Assembly: GCA_951406725.2 (NCBI GenBank)
Contig: OX597818.1
Location: 100,440,001-100,504,000, forward strand
Origin: Octopus vulgaris
Taxonomy: Eukaryota
DNA length: 64,000 bases
Direction: 5' to 3'
Of the stretch, positions 43,721-57,470 are shown in pieces. How positions within the stretch are numbered: position 1 is the stretch's first letter; the number at the start of each line of letters is the position of its first letter. Both the position numbers and the translations under genes were made by a program. Under the pieces are notes generated by a model that ran no database searches, had not been told where the DNA came from, and saw only the letters and a list, made by a program, of their open reading frames with translations.

Positions 43721-45805
43721 ATGGGGATTCAATAGCTAGAAACAAGAGCAATTACACCTCCACCAAGGGAAAGAATAAAGCCTTAGACCGCTATTGTGAC
43801 TACATAACTAATTTCCCGTTTCAATTCATCAAGAAACAAAAACACAGCCCTAACTTTAACAAAAGAGAATGGAACGACCTCATCAAACTAAGAGAAGACA
43901 AAGCAATAACAATTAATGAGGCAGATAAGGGCAACGCGATAGTAGTAATGAATACAAACGATTATAAAAATTTAGTGCTATCCCTATTAAGGGATGAAGC
44001 GTATTATGAAAGGGCCCAACAGTATAATCAGCAAAAAATAATGCATAACCTTAGGACATTAATCAACACATACCGAGAAGGACTCACGGACAAGGAGTAT
44101 GAATACATCACTAACTTCAAATGCAAATCGAGTTTGTTCTATGGTATCCCTAAAGTACACAAAAGCCAAATAATTAGAGAAACATGCAAAACATCTACCG
44201 ATATACTCATCAAAATCCCTTCACCAAACGATCTTAAACTTAGACCGATAATAGCAGGGCCAGCATGTGAGACTCACCGCCTCAGCAATTTCTTAGACAC
44301 ACTTCTTAAACCTTTCCTAAAACACATCAAAAGCTACGTAAGAGACGATATAGATATGCTCAACCACCTCCCTAAAACAGTCAATGAGAAAACCCTTCTA
44401 GTATCATTTGACGTAGTTAATCTTTATTCTAACATCCCTCACAACCTAGGAATAGAAGCGATCACCTTCTGGCTGAATAACTACCCCCTTTGAACTCCCA
44501 ACTCGCATAAACAAAGACCTTATAATAGAAGGACTTAGATTTATTCTAGAAAACAATTACTTTATTTTTGACAATAATTTCTACAGACAAACATCGGGAA
44601 CAGCGATGGGCATGCGTACTGCACCATCTTTTGCCAACCTAGTGATGGGATACCTCGAGAAAATACTCTACCGGATAACACTCGAGAAATTTGGAAACAC
44701 CTTCACCTATATCCAGAACAACTGGAAAAGATACCTCGATGACTGTTTCATCATCTGGGACAAAAGCATAGAGAAACTTGAGGAATTTAAAATACTATTA
44801 AATGGAATAAATGATAATATACAATTCACGATGGATCATAACGAAGAAGAATTACCATTTTTAGACATCCTCATTAAGAAAACCGGCAACAAAATAGAGA
44901 CAGATATCTACTATAAACCGACAGACTCCAAACAATACCTACCCTTTGATTCATGCCACCCACGACACACTAGAATAAATGTCCCTTTTTGTTTAGCTAG
45001 AAGGATCTGCACCATAATATCAGACACAAACACCCGACACACACGTCTCCAGGAACTTAGAACCACACTCACAAATAGAAACTATCCACAGCCCCTAATA
45101 GACAGTGCAATCCAAAGGGCACTCAAATTAAGTATAGAAGACATGAGACAAACAAAACCAAAAAAGAAAGAACAATTAAAAACCCTTCCCTACATCTCTA
45201 CACACTACCCACTCAACAATGAGGCCTTCAGCACCATACTACAAAGCACAGCCCTACTAAAGGGAGACCCAAAGATGAACCGGATCCTCGAAACACACAC
45301 CATCATTAAAAGTAAACGGCAACCAAAATCCTTGAAAAGGATTTTAACCCAAGCTAAACTGCACTCAACATCAACCACAAAACCAGCAGTTAGAAAATGT
45401 GGAAGGTCCAACTGCGGAATCTGTGTCATCTTGATAAAAGGTTCAGAATTTATACTAGAACAAGGCCATCAGTTCACCATTAGAGCAAACTTAACCTGCG
45501 CATCAGAAAACTTAATTTACGTCATAACATGCGCAGGCTGCAATAGGCAGTATATAGGCCATACAAAAAATAGCTTACGTAACAGGATGGTGGTGCATAA
45601 ATCACAAATTAGAAACCCTGAATACCGGAAAATACCGGTCAGCGGACACATAGATAGATGTGCTGGAAATGTAAATCCGAAATTTACAACTTACCCGCTT
45701 TATAAATTCAGTGACAGCGTAACCTTCACACAACGCCAAAATAAAGAACTGTATTTCATCAAAAAATTTAGACCAAGTTTGAACACCCTGGGCCAGGAAT
45801 ATTAA
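43721..45805 (+). pseudogene. PLE RT plus GIY-YIG ORF with a single +1 frameshift near 44488
   Basis: Removing one C from TACCCCCTTTGA joins ORFs 43588..44493 and 44606..45805 (YPFELPTRINKDLII). Confidence 0.88.
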
Positions 45806-46023
45806 AACAAAAGATTGGTCCTCTGAAAAGGAGAAGCGAAATTCCACCACGGCCGCTGCCTTAAACAGTCACTCACACTGACAGAAATATGTCTTAGGGA
45901 AAGGAAAAAAATTCATAAAAAGATCTCTACGAGCAGATCTAATCCTGATTCGTCAAGAAACTGATGACGTATTACCTCAGTGGGCAATCTATTGTTACCC
46001 TGCTTGGTCGGTTTCCACATACG

Positions 46024-46330
46024 ATACAGCTAAGGGTCAGACCCGATTCTGATTGGTCTAAACATTGATGACGTCTCGTTCTGCTGGACTAGCCACCTAA
46101 CGGGATGATTGGTCGAAACAGTGATGACATCACGTTCCGCTGGACTAGACACCTAACAGGATACAGACATGGGTCAGAGCTAATACAGCTATAGGTCAGA
46201 CCCGATTCTGATTGGTCGAAACATTGATGACGTCCCGTTCTGCTGGACTAGCCACCTAACGAGACGATTGGTCAAAACTTTGATGACGTCCCGTTCCGCT
46301 GGACTAGCCACCTAACAGGTGATATAAAAC
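46024..46330 (+). promoter_or_regulatory. pLTR tandem repeats with CCAAT (ATTGG) and CRE-like TGACG motifs, followed by a TATA box
   Basis: Four ~52-56 bp units arranged as a 159-bp dimer; TATAAAA at 46323. Confidence 0.65.
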
Positions 46331-46604
46331 CCAAACATTTCACAAGATTCACCAGAACTATTCGAACAGACAGCAACCAACAGTCATCACAGTTGCTCCA
46401 ATTGGAACACAAGGTAAAACCTAAAATGAATTCCTCGCTTTTTCAAGAACATGAATTTTTTATATTGAATGCATATCACCACTATGAACTACTACTTCAT
46501 ACTCTTTAAACATATAGCATGGACTCGCTCCACTATATATGAATTTTGTATTATATATGAATTTTTATATTTGATAGCATGAACTATCTTTTATATATAT
46601 AAAT

Positions 46605-46652
46605 TTTTTTGATAAGGTTCGTCATTTCAAGAACCGAAACATGTTAAATAAA
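46605..46652 (+). ncRNA. Degenerate minimal hammerhead ribozyme in the pLTR
   Basis: tTGATaA-GGTTC-loop-GAACC-GAAA-CATG-TTA; two changes from CTGATGA; palindromic stem III ACATGT. Confidence 0.7.
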
Positions 46653-47210
46653 TAATGTATATATAAAAATCAAAAATTTGTCTAATATATTTGTCTAATA
46701 TAAACTTCATTTTTTACAAATATATATATATGTATATATGTATATATATATGTATAAATATGTACATACATATGTATAAATATGTACATACATATGCATA
46801 TATATATATATATATAAACTTACTTGGAGAAAAGAAGAGAAAAAAAATATATATGTATATATCTTTACGTTCTGATTTCTCATTCTGCCGAGATCGCCTT
46901 ATGTAAATAATGTACGTAATTCCTCATCTCTTAAATACAGAATTGTATAACATTGCGATTCCATTATTCTAATGCACATATGAATTATAAATATATATTT
47001 ACTATATCAATATACTTGATTTAACTACAGTGTAAAGCATTTATTTTATTTTTAAAAATTAAAAAAATACACAAGTTAATGCATTATAATGTTATAAACA
47101 TAATAACACGTTTAATTAACACGCAAAATTATCAAAATAATTAAAATTAATAATCATTTTTATCAATCTGTCTATTTATCCCTGCATACACATATACAAT
47201 CATAAGACCA

Positions 47211-47280
<70 letters not shown>

Positions 47281-47286
47281 ATTATA

Positions 47287-47321
<35 letters not shown>
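47211..47321. repeat. (TATC)n plus (TA)n
   Basis: Direct reading. Confidence 0.95.
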
Positions 47322-47323
<2 letters not shown>

Positions 47324-47484
47324 TTGTAACTACCAAAACGCAGAGTTACATAGATTCAAATATATATATAATATATGAGCAACGAAAACTATGTTTGTGT
47401 GTGTCCTATAGAAAATACTTACCGATATTAAGACAACTACATTTACGGTTGGTAGTAAACAGTGCCTCATTATAAATGTTATTA

Positions 47485-47770
47485 AAACTGGCAATCTGTC
47501 GGTTACGACGATGTGGGTTCCAGTTGATCCGATGTACGGTACAGCCTGCTCGTGAAATTAACGTGCAAGTGGCTGAGCACTCCACAGACACACTCATAAC
47601 TGTTAGTAGTTCTGAGAGAGATTCAGCGTGACACGGTGTGTGACAAGGCTGGCACCTTGAAATTGAAATGTTACACATTTTTGCCTCCTGAGTTGATTGG
47701 AGTAACGTGGAAGAAATTATTTTGCTGAAGGAACCACCGCGCTGCCTGGTACTGAATTCACGGCCTTCAC
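47485..47770 (-). mobile_element. SINE family D (diverged B/C-like core, different tail)
   Basis: 47670-47765 resembles 21600-21690. Confidence 0.6.
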
Positions 47771-48107
47771 GTAAATAATATATCTTTGCACGAAAAATTA
47801 AAAGGGAAATAAAATAATAAACAAACAGCAGATTTCACTAGCCACATTCAACCGTCTTGCCACAAAGGTACTGCTTACATTCCCACCTTTGTAAACGGAT
47901 TAAATAAACTTGAGAAATGAATTTTCAAATGACGCTTCAACTACAAAGACTGTAGCGTTAATCATAGATCGAAACAAGACTTTATTACCAGTTAATTACT
48001 CTTTATTTATACGAGAATATTGTAAAATATTTGTCATTTGCATCCATTAATATACAGCAGGTTGGATCACAAATCTATACACATGTAATGCTCACACACA
48101 CATAAAA

Positions 48108-48196
<89 letters not shown>

Positions 48197-48300
48197 CATG
48201 TATATATACATATATATCGTTGCTATTGTGCTTAAGTCCAGAAGGTTGCTTTTTCAGAAAACGAAAACATAGGTTCACCATTCCATTTGCTTTACATTAG

Positions 48301-48335
48301 CAACAGTTTCAACTTATCAATATTTCTGGCTCTGC
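48301..48335 (+). CDS. Candidate 35-nt exon (TVSTYQYFWLC)
   Basis: ttccatttgctttacattAG acceptor; GTAAGA donor. Confidence 0.35.
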
Positions 48336-48525
48336 GTAAGAAAAGCTTTGCCTTCATCCGTGGAATATACTCAGATAGCACACAAATACAAATATGTATA
48401 TATATATATATATGTATGTATGTGTGTATAATTCTGAACACTTGTATATGAGCTATAATATATGAGATACTTATAGCTTTTTTGTATATATCTCCATTGT
48501 ATATTCTCGCCTTCTTCAATTCCAG

Positions 48526-48561
48526 TATATATCAAGTAGGAGACTGAAGATATTCCACAAG
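48526..48561 (+). CDS. Candidate 36-nt exon (YISSRRLKIFHK)
   Basis: ccttcttcaattccAG acceptor; AAG|GTAAAT donor; phase 0-0. Confidence 0.4.
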
Positions 48562-49257
48562 GTAAATGTGCAAATGTTTGAGTGATACTTGTATCTGTGG
48601 CATATTCAGCTCCGTACAATTTAAGTGCATATTTAGTTGGTTCAATTGATTCTATAAAAGAATATATATAAGCAAAATCCACGGATGCCACTCATATATA
48701 TATATATACGCACACGCACAAACACACACAAATTTTCTCTAAGAAATAATCCAGCTGCTTAGATTGATGGATGTACTAAGGTTGGTGGAGGTCGAGGACT
48801 AGTGCGAAGTATTTCGAGCGCAATCGTCTCCAAGAATTTAAATTGAATTTATCCCAACACAACCTCCACCGCTGCGAATTCCTCTTTAACATTGCAGTAT
48901 CATATTTATTGAGAATAAGGTGAATTACGGGTGATCCAGCCAAGCGAAATATGCACGTACCTGAAGGATACGATGGTTTCCGGTTTATATCAAGTTAAAT
49001 TGATAGAGTAAATGCCTTAAGGATACATACCTACAGACACACACACACTCTCTCTCTCTCACACATACTCACATATATACGTATATCCACTATGCATATA
49101 TGCACACAAACTGTACATGCATGGATATACATTATGCATATATGGAGACGTATATATATTCATATATATATATATACGTCTGTGTAAAAGTAGGCGATAT
49201 TTTATTCCCGGTTCAATATGGGCAGGAATATTTAAACAGCATAAAGTCCCAATGATG

Positions 49258-49341
<84 letters not shown>

Positions 49342-49530
49342 TGTATAGTGAAATGTTTTCACTTACTAACTAAGCCAAAATTGTCTGACGTTGATAATAA
49401 ATTTAGGAGACTGATAATAATGAGAACACGAGGCTGATTCACTTGCAAGAGATGCAGGTTATCTTAGAATGATGTTACTTACTGATGATGCTAGCATTCA
49501 TTTAACTATCGGTATTATTCTTACTGTGAA

Positions 49531-49861
49531 GGCGCATAGCTCAGTGGTTAGAGCGTCGAGCTTACGATCTTGAGGTTGTGAGTTCGAATCCTGGACCGGG
49601 CTGCGTGTTGTGTACTTGAGCAAGACACTTTATTTCACGTTGCTCCAGTTCACTCAGCTGTAGAAATGAGTTGCGACGTTACAGGTGCCAAGCGGTATTG
49701 GCCTTTGCCTTTCCGTTGGAGAACATCAGTGGTGGGGAGAGAGGAGGCTGGTATGCATGGGCGACTGCTGGTCTTCCATAAACAATCTTGGCCGGACTTG
49801 TGCCTGGGAGGGTAACTTGCTAGTTGCAATCTCATGGTCAGTCATGACCGATGGGAGTCTC
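49531..49861 (+). mobile_element. tRNA-headed SINE family B, full length
   Basis: TAGCTCAGTGG A box, GTTCGAATCC B box, CORE-like TTGAGCAAGACACTT segment; second copy at 3000-3300. Confidence 0.92.
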
Positions 49862-50379
49862 AGCAACTATGGTTTGTTACTTTCAATCGTTGTTTGCGAA
49901 ATCTACACAAGGATACATATTTTAGGAATGTCACCACAGAAGAAAGAATAAGTAATTGGAGATGCGGGAAAACGTTATGTCACTACTTATGAAAATAAAA
50001 TTAATATACTCGAGCGTTTTTTATTGCAAATTGTACTACCCAGTCACAAAGCACTCCGTATGGTAAATCCTTAATACGCAATTTCCAAAACTGTTGACGT
50101 CGTGCCAGTCTCTTGTATAAGGTTTTAGGAATATTTTCGTGATGAAGATTGCATAGGTTCAGTAATAGAAACTGAGCATTTACAGCAATGAATCGATCAA
50201 AGAAGGTAAAAAATATTTCGAACCACAAGACTTTTGTAGGTTTTGCATTTATTTCGAAATGTAAAAGTTATCGGTCATGTACTGAACATGCCAGAGCCAT
50301 TTCAAATTATAAATATTATAAAATAATGTGTACTATATATTTGATTATTTTAGTAAAAGGATTTGTGTATGTGTGAGTG

Positions 50380-50427
<48 letters not shown>

Positions 50428-51240
50428 GAAGTCTCACAGGAGTAAATTTTTTATCAAAACATAACACATGTTTGACCCATCTATTATCAAAAGTAGATTA
50501 AGTTTACGTACGATGTGATTCTTGTAAGAGAGGCATTTGAACTTGAAGACTTATACCACGAAACATAAATTTAATTTATTTCAATAAAGTGTATGTGATG
50601 GAAGCTAGTTGTATGTTTTGATAAGAATGTAAACCTCTTTCATTTCTTTCTTATATGCATCACAATGTTCTCAAAACGTTTTCCCCTTTTAAAATTATAT
50701 ATATGTATATATATATAGAACGAGAGAGAGATAAATATATGTTGATATATAGCTATACATACATCATATATATATGCATGTATAAATATGTGTATATATA
50801 CGTAGGTGTATGCTTGCATGTGTGTGTTTGTGTTAGTGTCTTTGTGTGTGTATTGGAGTGTGTGTGTATATATATGTATGTGGACGCGTATTAAGTCAGA
50901 TCACTCACAGTATTACCAGTAACACGGGACTGAATACAAACTGCCCTACGTTTTGGACGTATGGCAGCTAAACGGGCAACTTTACCAAACCTGCTTCGCA
51001 AGGAGGGTCGCATGCGCTTGTATCCTGGTTGGAAGGAAAATTTAAACAGGAAAATGACGGATATTAAATTAAACGTCCGTGCATCTGATGGGAGTAAGAG
51101 AACCATATCATTTGTTTTGACATATCTCTAGGGAAAAAATTACCGAAATAACATCCGCCTCTTTGCGAAGCCGGAGATCTTACTCTTGCTTTTCTCTGGA
51201 GTACTTAACTTTGTCGGTAAAAGACTTAGTAAAGTCTATT

Positions 51241-51438
51241 TTATTCTACTATTTTACTTTTCAGTCATTTGTCCGTGGCCATGCTGGAGCACTGCCTTTA
51301 TTTGAGCAAATTGACCCAATAACTTATTCCTTGTAAGCCTAGTACTTATTCTATCGAACCGCTAAGTTACGGGGAGTAAACACACCAACATCGGTTGTCA
51401 AATGATGTTGGGGACAAACACAGACACAGACACACACC

Positions 51439-51472
<34 letters not shown>

Positions 51473-51656
51473 AATATCCATATGCATATATACGACGGGC
51501 TTCTTTCAGTTTCCGTCTACCAAATCCACTCACAAAGCTTTGGTCGGCCCGTGGCTATAGTAGAAGATACTTGCCCAAAGTCCCACGCAAGGGGACTGAA
51601 CCCGGAATCATGTGATTGGTAAGCAAGCTACTTACCACACAGCCAATCCTGCGCCT
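51241..51656 (-). mobile_element. SINE family A
   Basis: Colinear with 42241-42634. Confidence 0.92.
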
Positions 51657-52205
51657 AAAATCGGGCAAGTTCCAACGCGGGCATTGCTGAGAGGCATTGT
51701 TTTTAACATCGGGGATAAGATCATTTGTCAGTGATGGCCATACGAGTCCATTAATTTTGTTATTGTTTTTTTAAAGAAAACTTTGATGTTTTGAACGTCA
51801 CGAAAATATGAGTAAAATATCTTTAAAATTTTCATTTTGATCGGCGTTGAAACGTGCTCTCAACGGTGGTTGGAATTTACAATTTACATATATTTTGTGT
51901 TTTGATACTAATTTTAGATAACAACACAAACACATCCCAATTACAACCATTTTCCTGTAATTTGATCAAAGAGAATATAATAAAAGATACCCCATCCCAC
52001 AAAAAAAACAAAAACAAAATAAGATTAATGAAGCCGAATAAATTTATTCATATATCCGGATATTAATAATCCATACTCATGATTTTTCACGTCTATTAAA
52101 CTAGCAGCCAATCACTATAAAAAATAAAAGCTACCATGACAATGGGTAGGTATTATTTTAAGTTATACATATATACATACATATATATGATTACATACAA
52201 GCATA

Positions 52206-52245
<40 letters not shown>

Positions 52246-52713
52246 TACATACACACGTATATGTATAAATACATATATAGATATGTATATATATGTTCAT
52301 ATATATGTATGTATATGTATATATAAAACATACACACACACTCACCCCCCACACAAATATATAAGAATGAATAAAGAGGCAACTTTCATCAATAAATATC
52401 TTCAACAACTCAATATGAGCACATAACATAATACAGAACACTACTAATCTTTCAGTTGATACCACTAATCCCCATACATCCCATACACCATTCATATTAC
52501 AGATCTATATGTACCCAAATTGCACCAAATTCTGAACTACTTACCTACCTTACTCATAATTTTTTTACACAGGGACTAGTAGACCTGACATCATTCAGTA
52601 ATCGGTGTGCATTCAAAGCAATGATTAGTAACTTTACGAAACCGGTATCCCATTAAATCTCTTTTACAATTCACAATAATGACTTTTATTGCTTTTATTC
52701 CTACCTCAGTTCA

Positions 52714-53206
52714 TCTAATCTATATATATAAAACTGTAGTTGTGTGAGTGTCTGTCCCTTTCGATTTAGATTCCTAACTACTCCCACATTTTGCGGTGCA
52801 GTTTAACCAAATTCGGGTATCTTATAGTCGTGATTCATATCGAGCCCGTCTGAGTATTAGCGCAAGCCTACGATGAGTCTCCGATTTTAAAAATAATTTA
52901 ACATCATTTTTTATTCCATTTTAATGCATAATTTTTCGTGTGTCGATGGCGGCGGAGTTGGCGTCCATGGTTACACCTGCACCTGTTTGCTTCTCCCCCT
53001 CGTGAAGCTGTGGGGAAGGGAGTGTAAGGAAATCAACGTCGTAAAGCGTTGTCAAGGAGACCAGCGTTCTTTTAGAACAACGACTTCATGGCTTGAAGAC
53101 ACCAAAACAGAAATGGCTAAGAAAGTCCGAATTGGCATCTATAAGGGAAGTAACTCTCTAAAAATGCTTATATACAAACCCGAGCAACGCCGGGCGATAC
53201 TGCTAG
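52714..53206 (+). mobile_element. Non-autonomous Helitron
   Basis: A|TC...TATATATAAAA 5' end; CCCGAGCAACGCCGGG hairpin, then CTAG|T 3' end. Confidence 0.85.
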
Positions 53207-53341
53207 TTGTATATATATATCTATCGTTATTTTTCATAAAAAACCTTTACTTTTTTGATTTTTCAATGTGCATTTTTAGTTATTTTTCTTCTTACTTTCC
53301 CCTAACATTTCCACTTGTAGTTTCTGTTTTCTTTTTGTAAC

Positions 53342-53421
<80 letters not shown>

Positions 53422-53466
53422 GCATCTGTGTTTAATTTTAATTTATTCTTCTTTTATTTCAAACAG

Positions 53467-53504
53467 GACTACATCGACTTTTTACAGAAATTTGAGCGAT
53501 TATA
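53467..53504 (+). CDS. Candidate 38-nt exon (DYIDFLQKFERL)
   Basis: ttcttcttttatttcaaacAG acceptor; GTGAGT donor. Confidence 0.42.
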
Positions 53505-53730
53505 GTGAGTTCGGATAACGGAATTTTAAAAAACAAGTTCCTATGAATAAGAGGTATATATTCGTTGTTCTGAATTTAATGCTCAAATCACTTTAGCCAG
53601 ATGCTGTGTAGATAGGGAAAATTCCGATCGCTAATTTTATGAAGAAAAAACAAAAAGAACAAACATCTTGAATCCATAATATATATCTTATCGAGTAGAC
53701 TGTTCAACGAATCCCTTTTTGTGCTTTTAG

Positions 53731-53785
53731 CTCTGAAATATAGAAACACAACATGAAATTCTAACAGTTGCTCTGTTTTTGTTAT
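53731..53785 (+). CDS. Candidate 55-nt exon containing the stop (YSEI*, TAG 53741-53743)
   Basis: ccctttttgtgcttttAG acceptor; GTAAGT donor. Confidence 0.35.
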
Positions 53786-53935
53786 GTAAGTTTCTCCTAT
53801 TGTATACCGGTTTGTATTTTGTTGGTCTTCATCGCTTTTAATACTTCATTACTGATATGTGTCTTTGAGTGTGTTTGAGTGTGTCAACTAGTTTTAGGAT
53901 AACTTTTAAATAATCACAATGGCAACAACATATAC

Positions 53936-53976
<41 letters not shown>

Positions 53977-54030
53977 TGTGTGTGTGTACATATACAAGAG
54001 AGAGAGAAAGAGTGTGTGTGTACATATACA

Positions 54031-54063
<33 letters not shown>

Positions 54064-54956
54064 GTTGTATGTACAGGACAAATACACAAAAAATGATAGA
54101 AATTCTCTTAGGATATATATTTGGCTAGTTAATTTCATGAAATATATGAAAATTATTCGCCAGTAACAAAAGGTAGACATAGACAATTCTTCTCTAACCT
54201 TACAATACACTTCAAGGTCACTATGCATATCTTATAGTAAGTTATTCTCATTATTCGTGTGTTTTTGTTATAAAAAAATCTCGTTAAACGATTCTTTCTT
54301 TATATCCAGTGCGTGACAGGCGAGTCTTCGCAGATTTGAATACAAAATACTGCAAATTATGTACTATGTGTCATTCTATACTCTCATATAACCAATTATT
54401 TTTCACACACATGTATATATATTTCTCCCTTTCTTTCTCTTCCTCTTCCTCTCTCTCTCTCTCTCTGTCTCTCTTGCTTGATATATATGTATGTGCATAT
54501 GTCTACACCGATAGAAATTGGAAATGCATAGATGTATTTCCAATTAGAGATATATTTCTGTATGGACATATTATTGAAGTGGAAGAAATATTATATTGCA
54601 TGTGCATATCTCCGAGTGTTTAAATATCATCTATTCTGTAATTTCCGACTCTGAGTTCCGTATCTGAAAATATTTCATATAAGATTCATTTTATCATCTC
54701 CAGCATCCTACCTGTGCGATATTACCTGATTAACGCATGGTCAGACCAAGTGAAATATCTTCATAATCGACCTGCGCTACGAATTCCTAAAACCTGCAAT
54801 TTTAATTGAACATATGAATTATGTATGTGTGTGTATGCGTGCGTGTGTGTGTGCATTTCCACATTCTCATACACACGCATACATACTACATACACATTCA
54901 AATATATATATATATATATGAGCCATATGTGCATACCAGTATACTTAGAATATAAG

Positions 54957-54988
<32 letters not shown>

Positions 54989-54995
54989 TATGTGT

Positions 54996-55029
<34 letters not shown>

Positions 55030-55034
<5 letters not shown>

Positions 55035-55270
55035 CCAAACGGGGGCAGGGATAAACCCAGGCAGAAAGACACACGCCAAAGACACCACACACGCGCGCGC
55101 GCACACACACGTGTACATTACGGGCTTCATTCAATTCCCATCTACCAAATCCACTACCAAAGATTTGGTCGTCCCGAGGTTAAATAGAATGTACTTGACT
55201 CGTAGAGGACTAAGCCCGGATCCATGTGGTTGTGACGTAGACTCCTTATCATACAGCCCCGTCTGTCCCT
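55030..55270 (-). mobile_element. SINE family A, old partial copy
   Basis: ACGGGCTTC...TCTACCAAATCCACT...TTTGGTCG.CCCGAGG. Confidence 0.7.
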
Positions 55271-55568
55271 ACATATATCAATACCTGCGCCCTCACCCAA
55301 CCACAATTGCTAGGTCTCAGTATTTTCAGTTTAAACATTTATTATTGATATTATCGTGGTTATTATTCCTGTAACGTTTCCTCATACGAACTGGAGATGA
55401 TACATCAAGCAGAGATTTGAAAGTGGACCACATATTTGGTGAATATCTTCAAGAGTTGGGTATAAATGGATCGAGGAATGACAAAAACTAAGTCCTTTTC
55501 CATTTATAGCAAACATCAGTGCTTATAGAAAGTTATCCAGATGTAATCTTGCTAATTAATGACATACA

Positions 55569-55604
<36 letters not shown>

Positions 55605-57074
55605 TGTTTAAATTGCGAGTGTGAGAGGAATTGAGAATGATAGGTATTATGATTATAACGTTTATGTCAAGAAAGTCTTGTTACTGGTACTATGTAACCT
55701 AGTATTACCTGTTTTACAGTCGAGTGCCTGGCAACTAAAACGGCTCCTTTCCATGACTAGCCGTGCGAGGAAGGTGTTGTGGACACTCTGTCGGACCAAA
55801 TACAAGACCTGGTAAAGGATCAAGGAGTTCATCGTGAGCCACCGGACATTAGAACGTGTTGGTTCTCAAAGGAAAAAGCATCTGCATGAAGGCTAGCAAA
55901 CCGTGCATCTGGTCCAAAGTCGAAGACACACAAAATCGAATGGAAAACATAGCGTGTCCTCGCTTTGGAGCCGACGTCCTCCATGATGTGACATTGAGTA
56001 GGGAAGAATAAATCCCTTATATTTGTACCTTTGTTATGAATATAGTTTAACCTATTATCGAGTGTGTATATTCTTGTGGTCACGCATTATGTAATTTGCC
56101 CGCGAACAAAATCAGTTTAAATAGGAACATCCACATATCTGTAAATTACTTCATTACGATGCAAAACTCTCTTGGTTCTTTCTAATTCATTGTATAAGTG
56201 ATTTGTGCTACACTAGTTGGAACGTTAATAGGGTGACATTAATAAAAACAAATCAAAACTAAAGTCGTGTTCGACATGTTAGTAATATCGGTTCAACACC
56301 AGAAGCGAATGACACATTTTTCGATGTAGTCTCATGCTGATTATATATCAAGGTAAAAGTTGAGAGTATGATAAACTGCAGGGCCATCTTTAATACGTCT
56401 ACTAAATCTGGGTTGATCACGAGGTAAACAAAACGAAACGAAACGAAAATCTTGAGAATCACATGCTCCATTACATAATTTGTACAGAAAAATATGGTTA
56501 CGCTGAATAGTGGTGCATAACTCTTCTACTAATTCGGAAAGAAATAAATAGTTATGATATCGAGCACAAAATAATATACAATATTTCTAACGTCAGAATA
56601 CAAAAAACAGAACGATAATAATAACTCATATATATTTCTACATAAATCTCATTGCAAGTTCGATTATTGATTCTTATAAGATACAGTTATACACAATATT
56701 CTGTCACAAAGTCAGAGTAATCATATTCTGTTCTTACTTGCAAAAATAAATCAAAAGAGAGAACGTAAGAAAATATAAGAATGCAGATTGATATCTTTAA
56801 ACGGCATAAAAGTAACGAAAAATGCTTATCATCTTACAAGCTATAAATTCTTCAACACGCATAAATACAATTATATGACATTATTGTTTGTAGGAAACCA
56901 TTATAAATTATGGATTATGTTGAAGATATCAATAAATATGAAAAATACTATAACATTGTAAACGTATTTCTTTTTTGAATTTATTTCAATTTCAGATTTG
57001 TTTCAGGTAAGTAGTTCTCTGACGTCACATTCAACTACCACCATCACTATGCGAATATATATCTTTCATCTTAC

Positions 57075-57246
57075 CTCCATTATTTCTTTCAGTTATCCGA
57101 TTGCTGTCATGCTGGAGCGCCACCTTGTATTTTCTTTTTTCCTGGTGCATATTCTACCGTGGATATTGACTAAACCACTATGGTACAGGGATAAAAAACA
57201 AAGAACATTATTCAGTAGGTTGGATGAGAAAAAGACACACAAACAG

Positions 57247-57318
<72 letters not shown>

Positions 57319-57470
57319 ACACAACGGACTCCACACTGTTGCCTTCTAAAAAATAGCCCCACAACGATTTATTGGGCTTGGAGCTATAGTGACAGACACT
57401 CACAGAGGGTGCCATGCAATGGGTCCGAACCAGAAAAGCATGTTTGCGAATCGGACTTCTTAACCACATG
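57075..57470 (-). mobile_element. SINE family A, old copy
   Basis: CATGCTGGAGC.CC.CCTT tail, internal CA/CT microsatellite, head remnant. Confidence 0.65.

Larger units (their letters stand above)
43721..46700 (+). mobile_element. Penelope-like element (Neptune-type architecture) with 3' pLTR
   Basis: YGIPKVHK, RPII, SFDVVNLY, GTAMG, RYLDD, LPFLD; CGRSNCGIC linker; LIYVITC...YIG; flanked by TA-rich tracts. Confidence 0.93.

Noticed and set aside
44491-44493. TGA in the PLE RT as possible selenocysteine or read-through
   Set aside because: The downstream RT continues in a different frame; one extra C in a homopolymer explains it
46051-46317. Tandem hammerheads or a CRISPR-like array in the TGATGA...GAAAC repeats
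   Set aside because: No proper stem II/III closure and no unique spacers; better explained as pLTR promoter repeats in a eukaryote
49531-49605. tRNA gene
   Set aside because: A and B boxes are present but the sequence continues into a SINE body found in several copies
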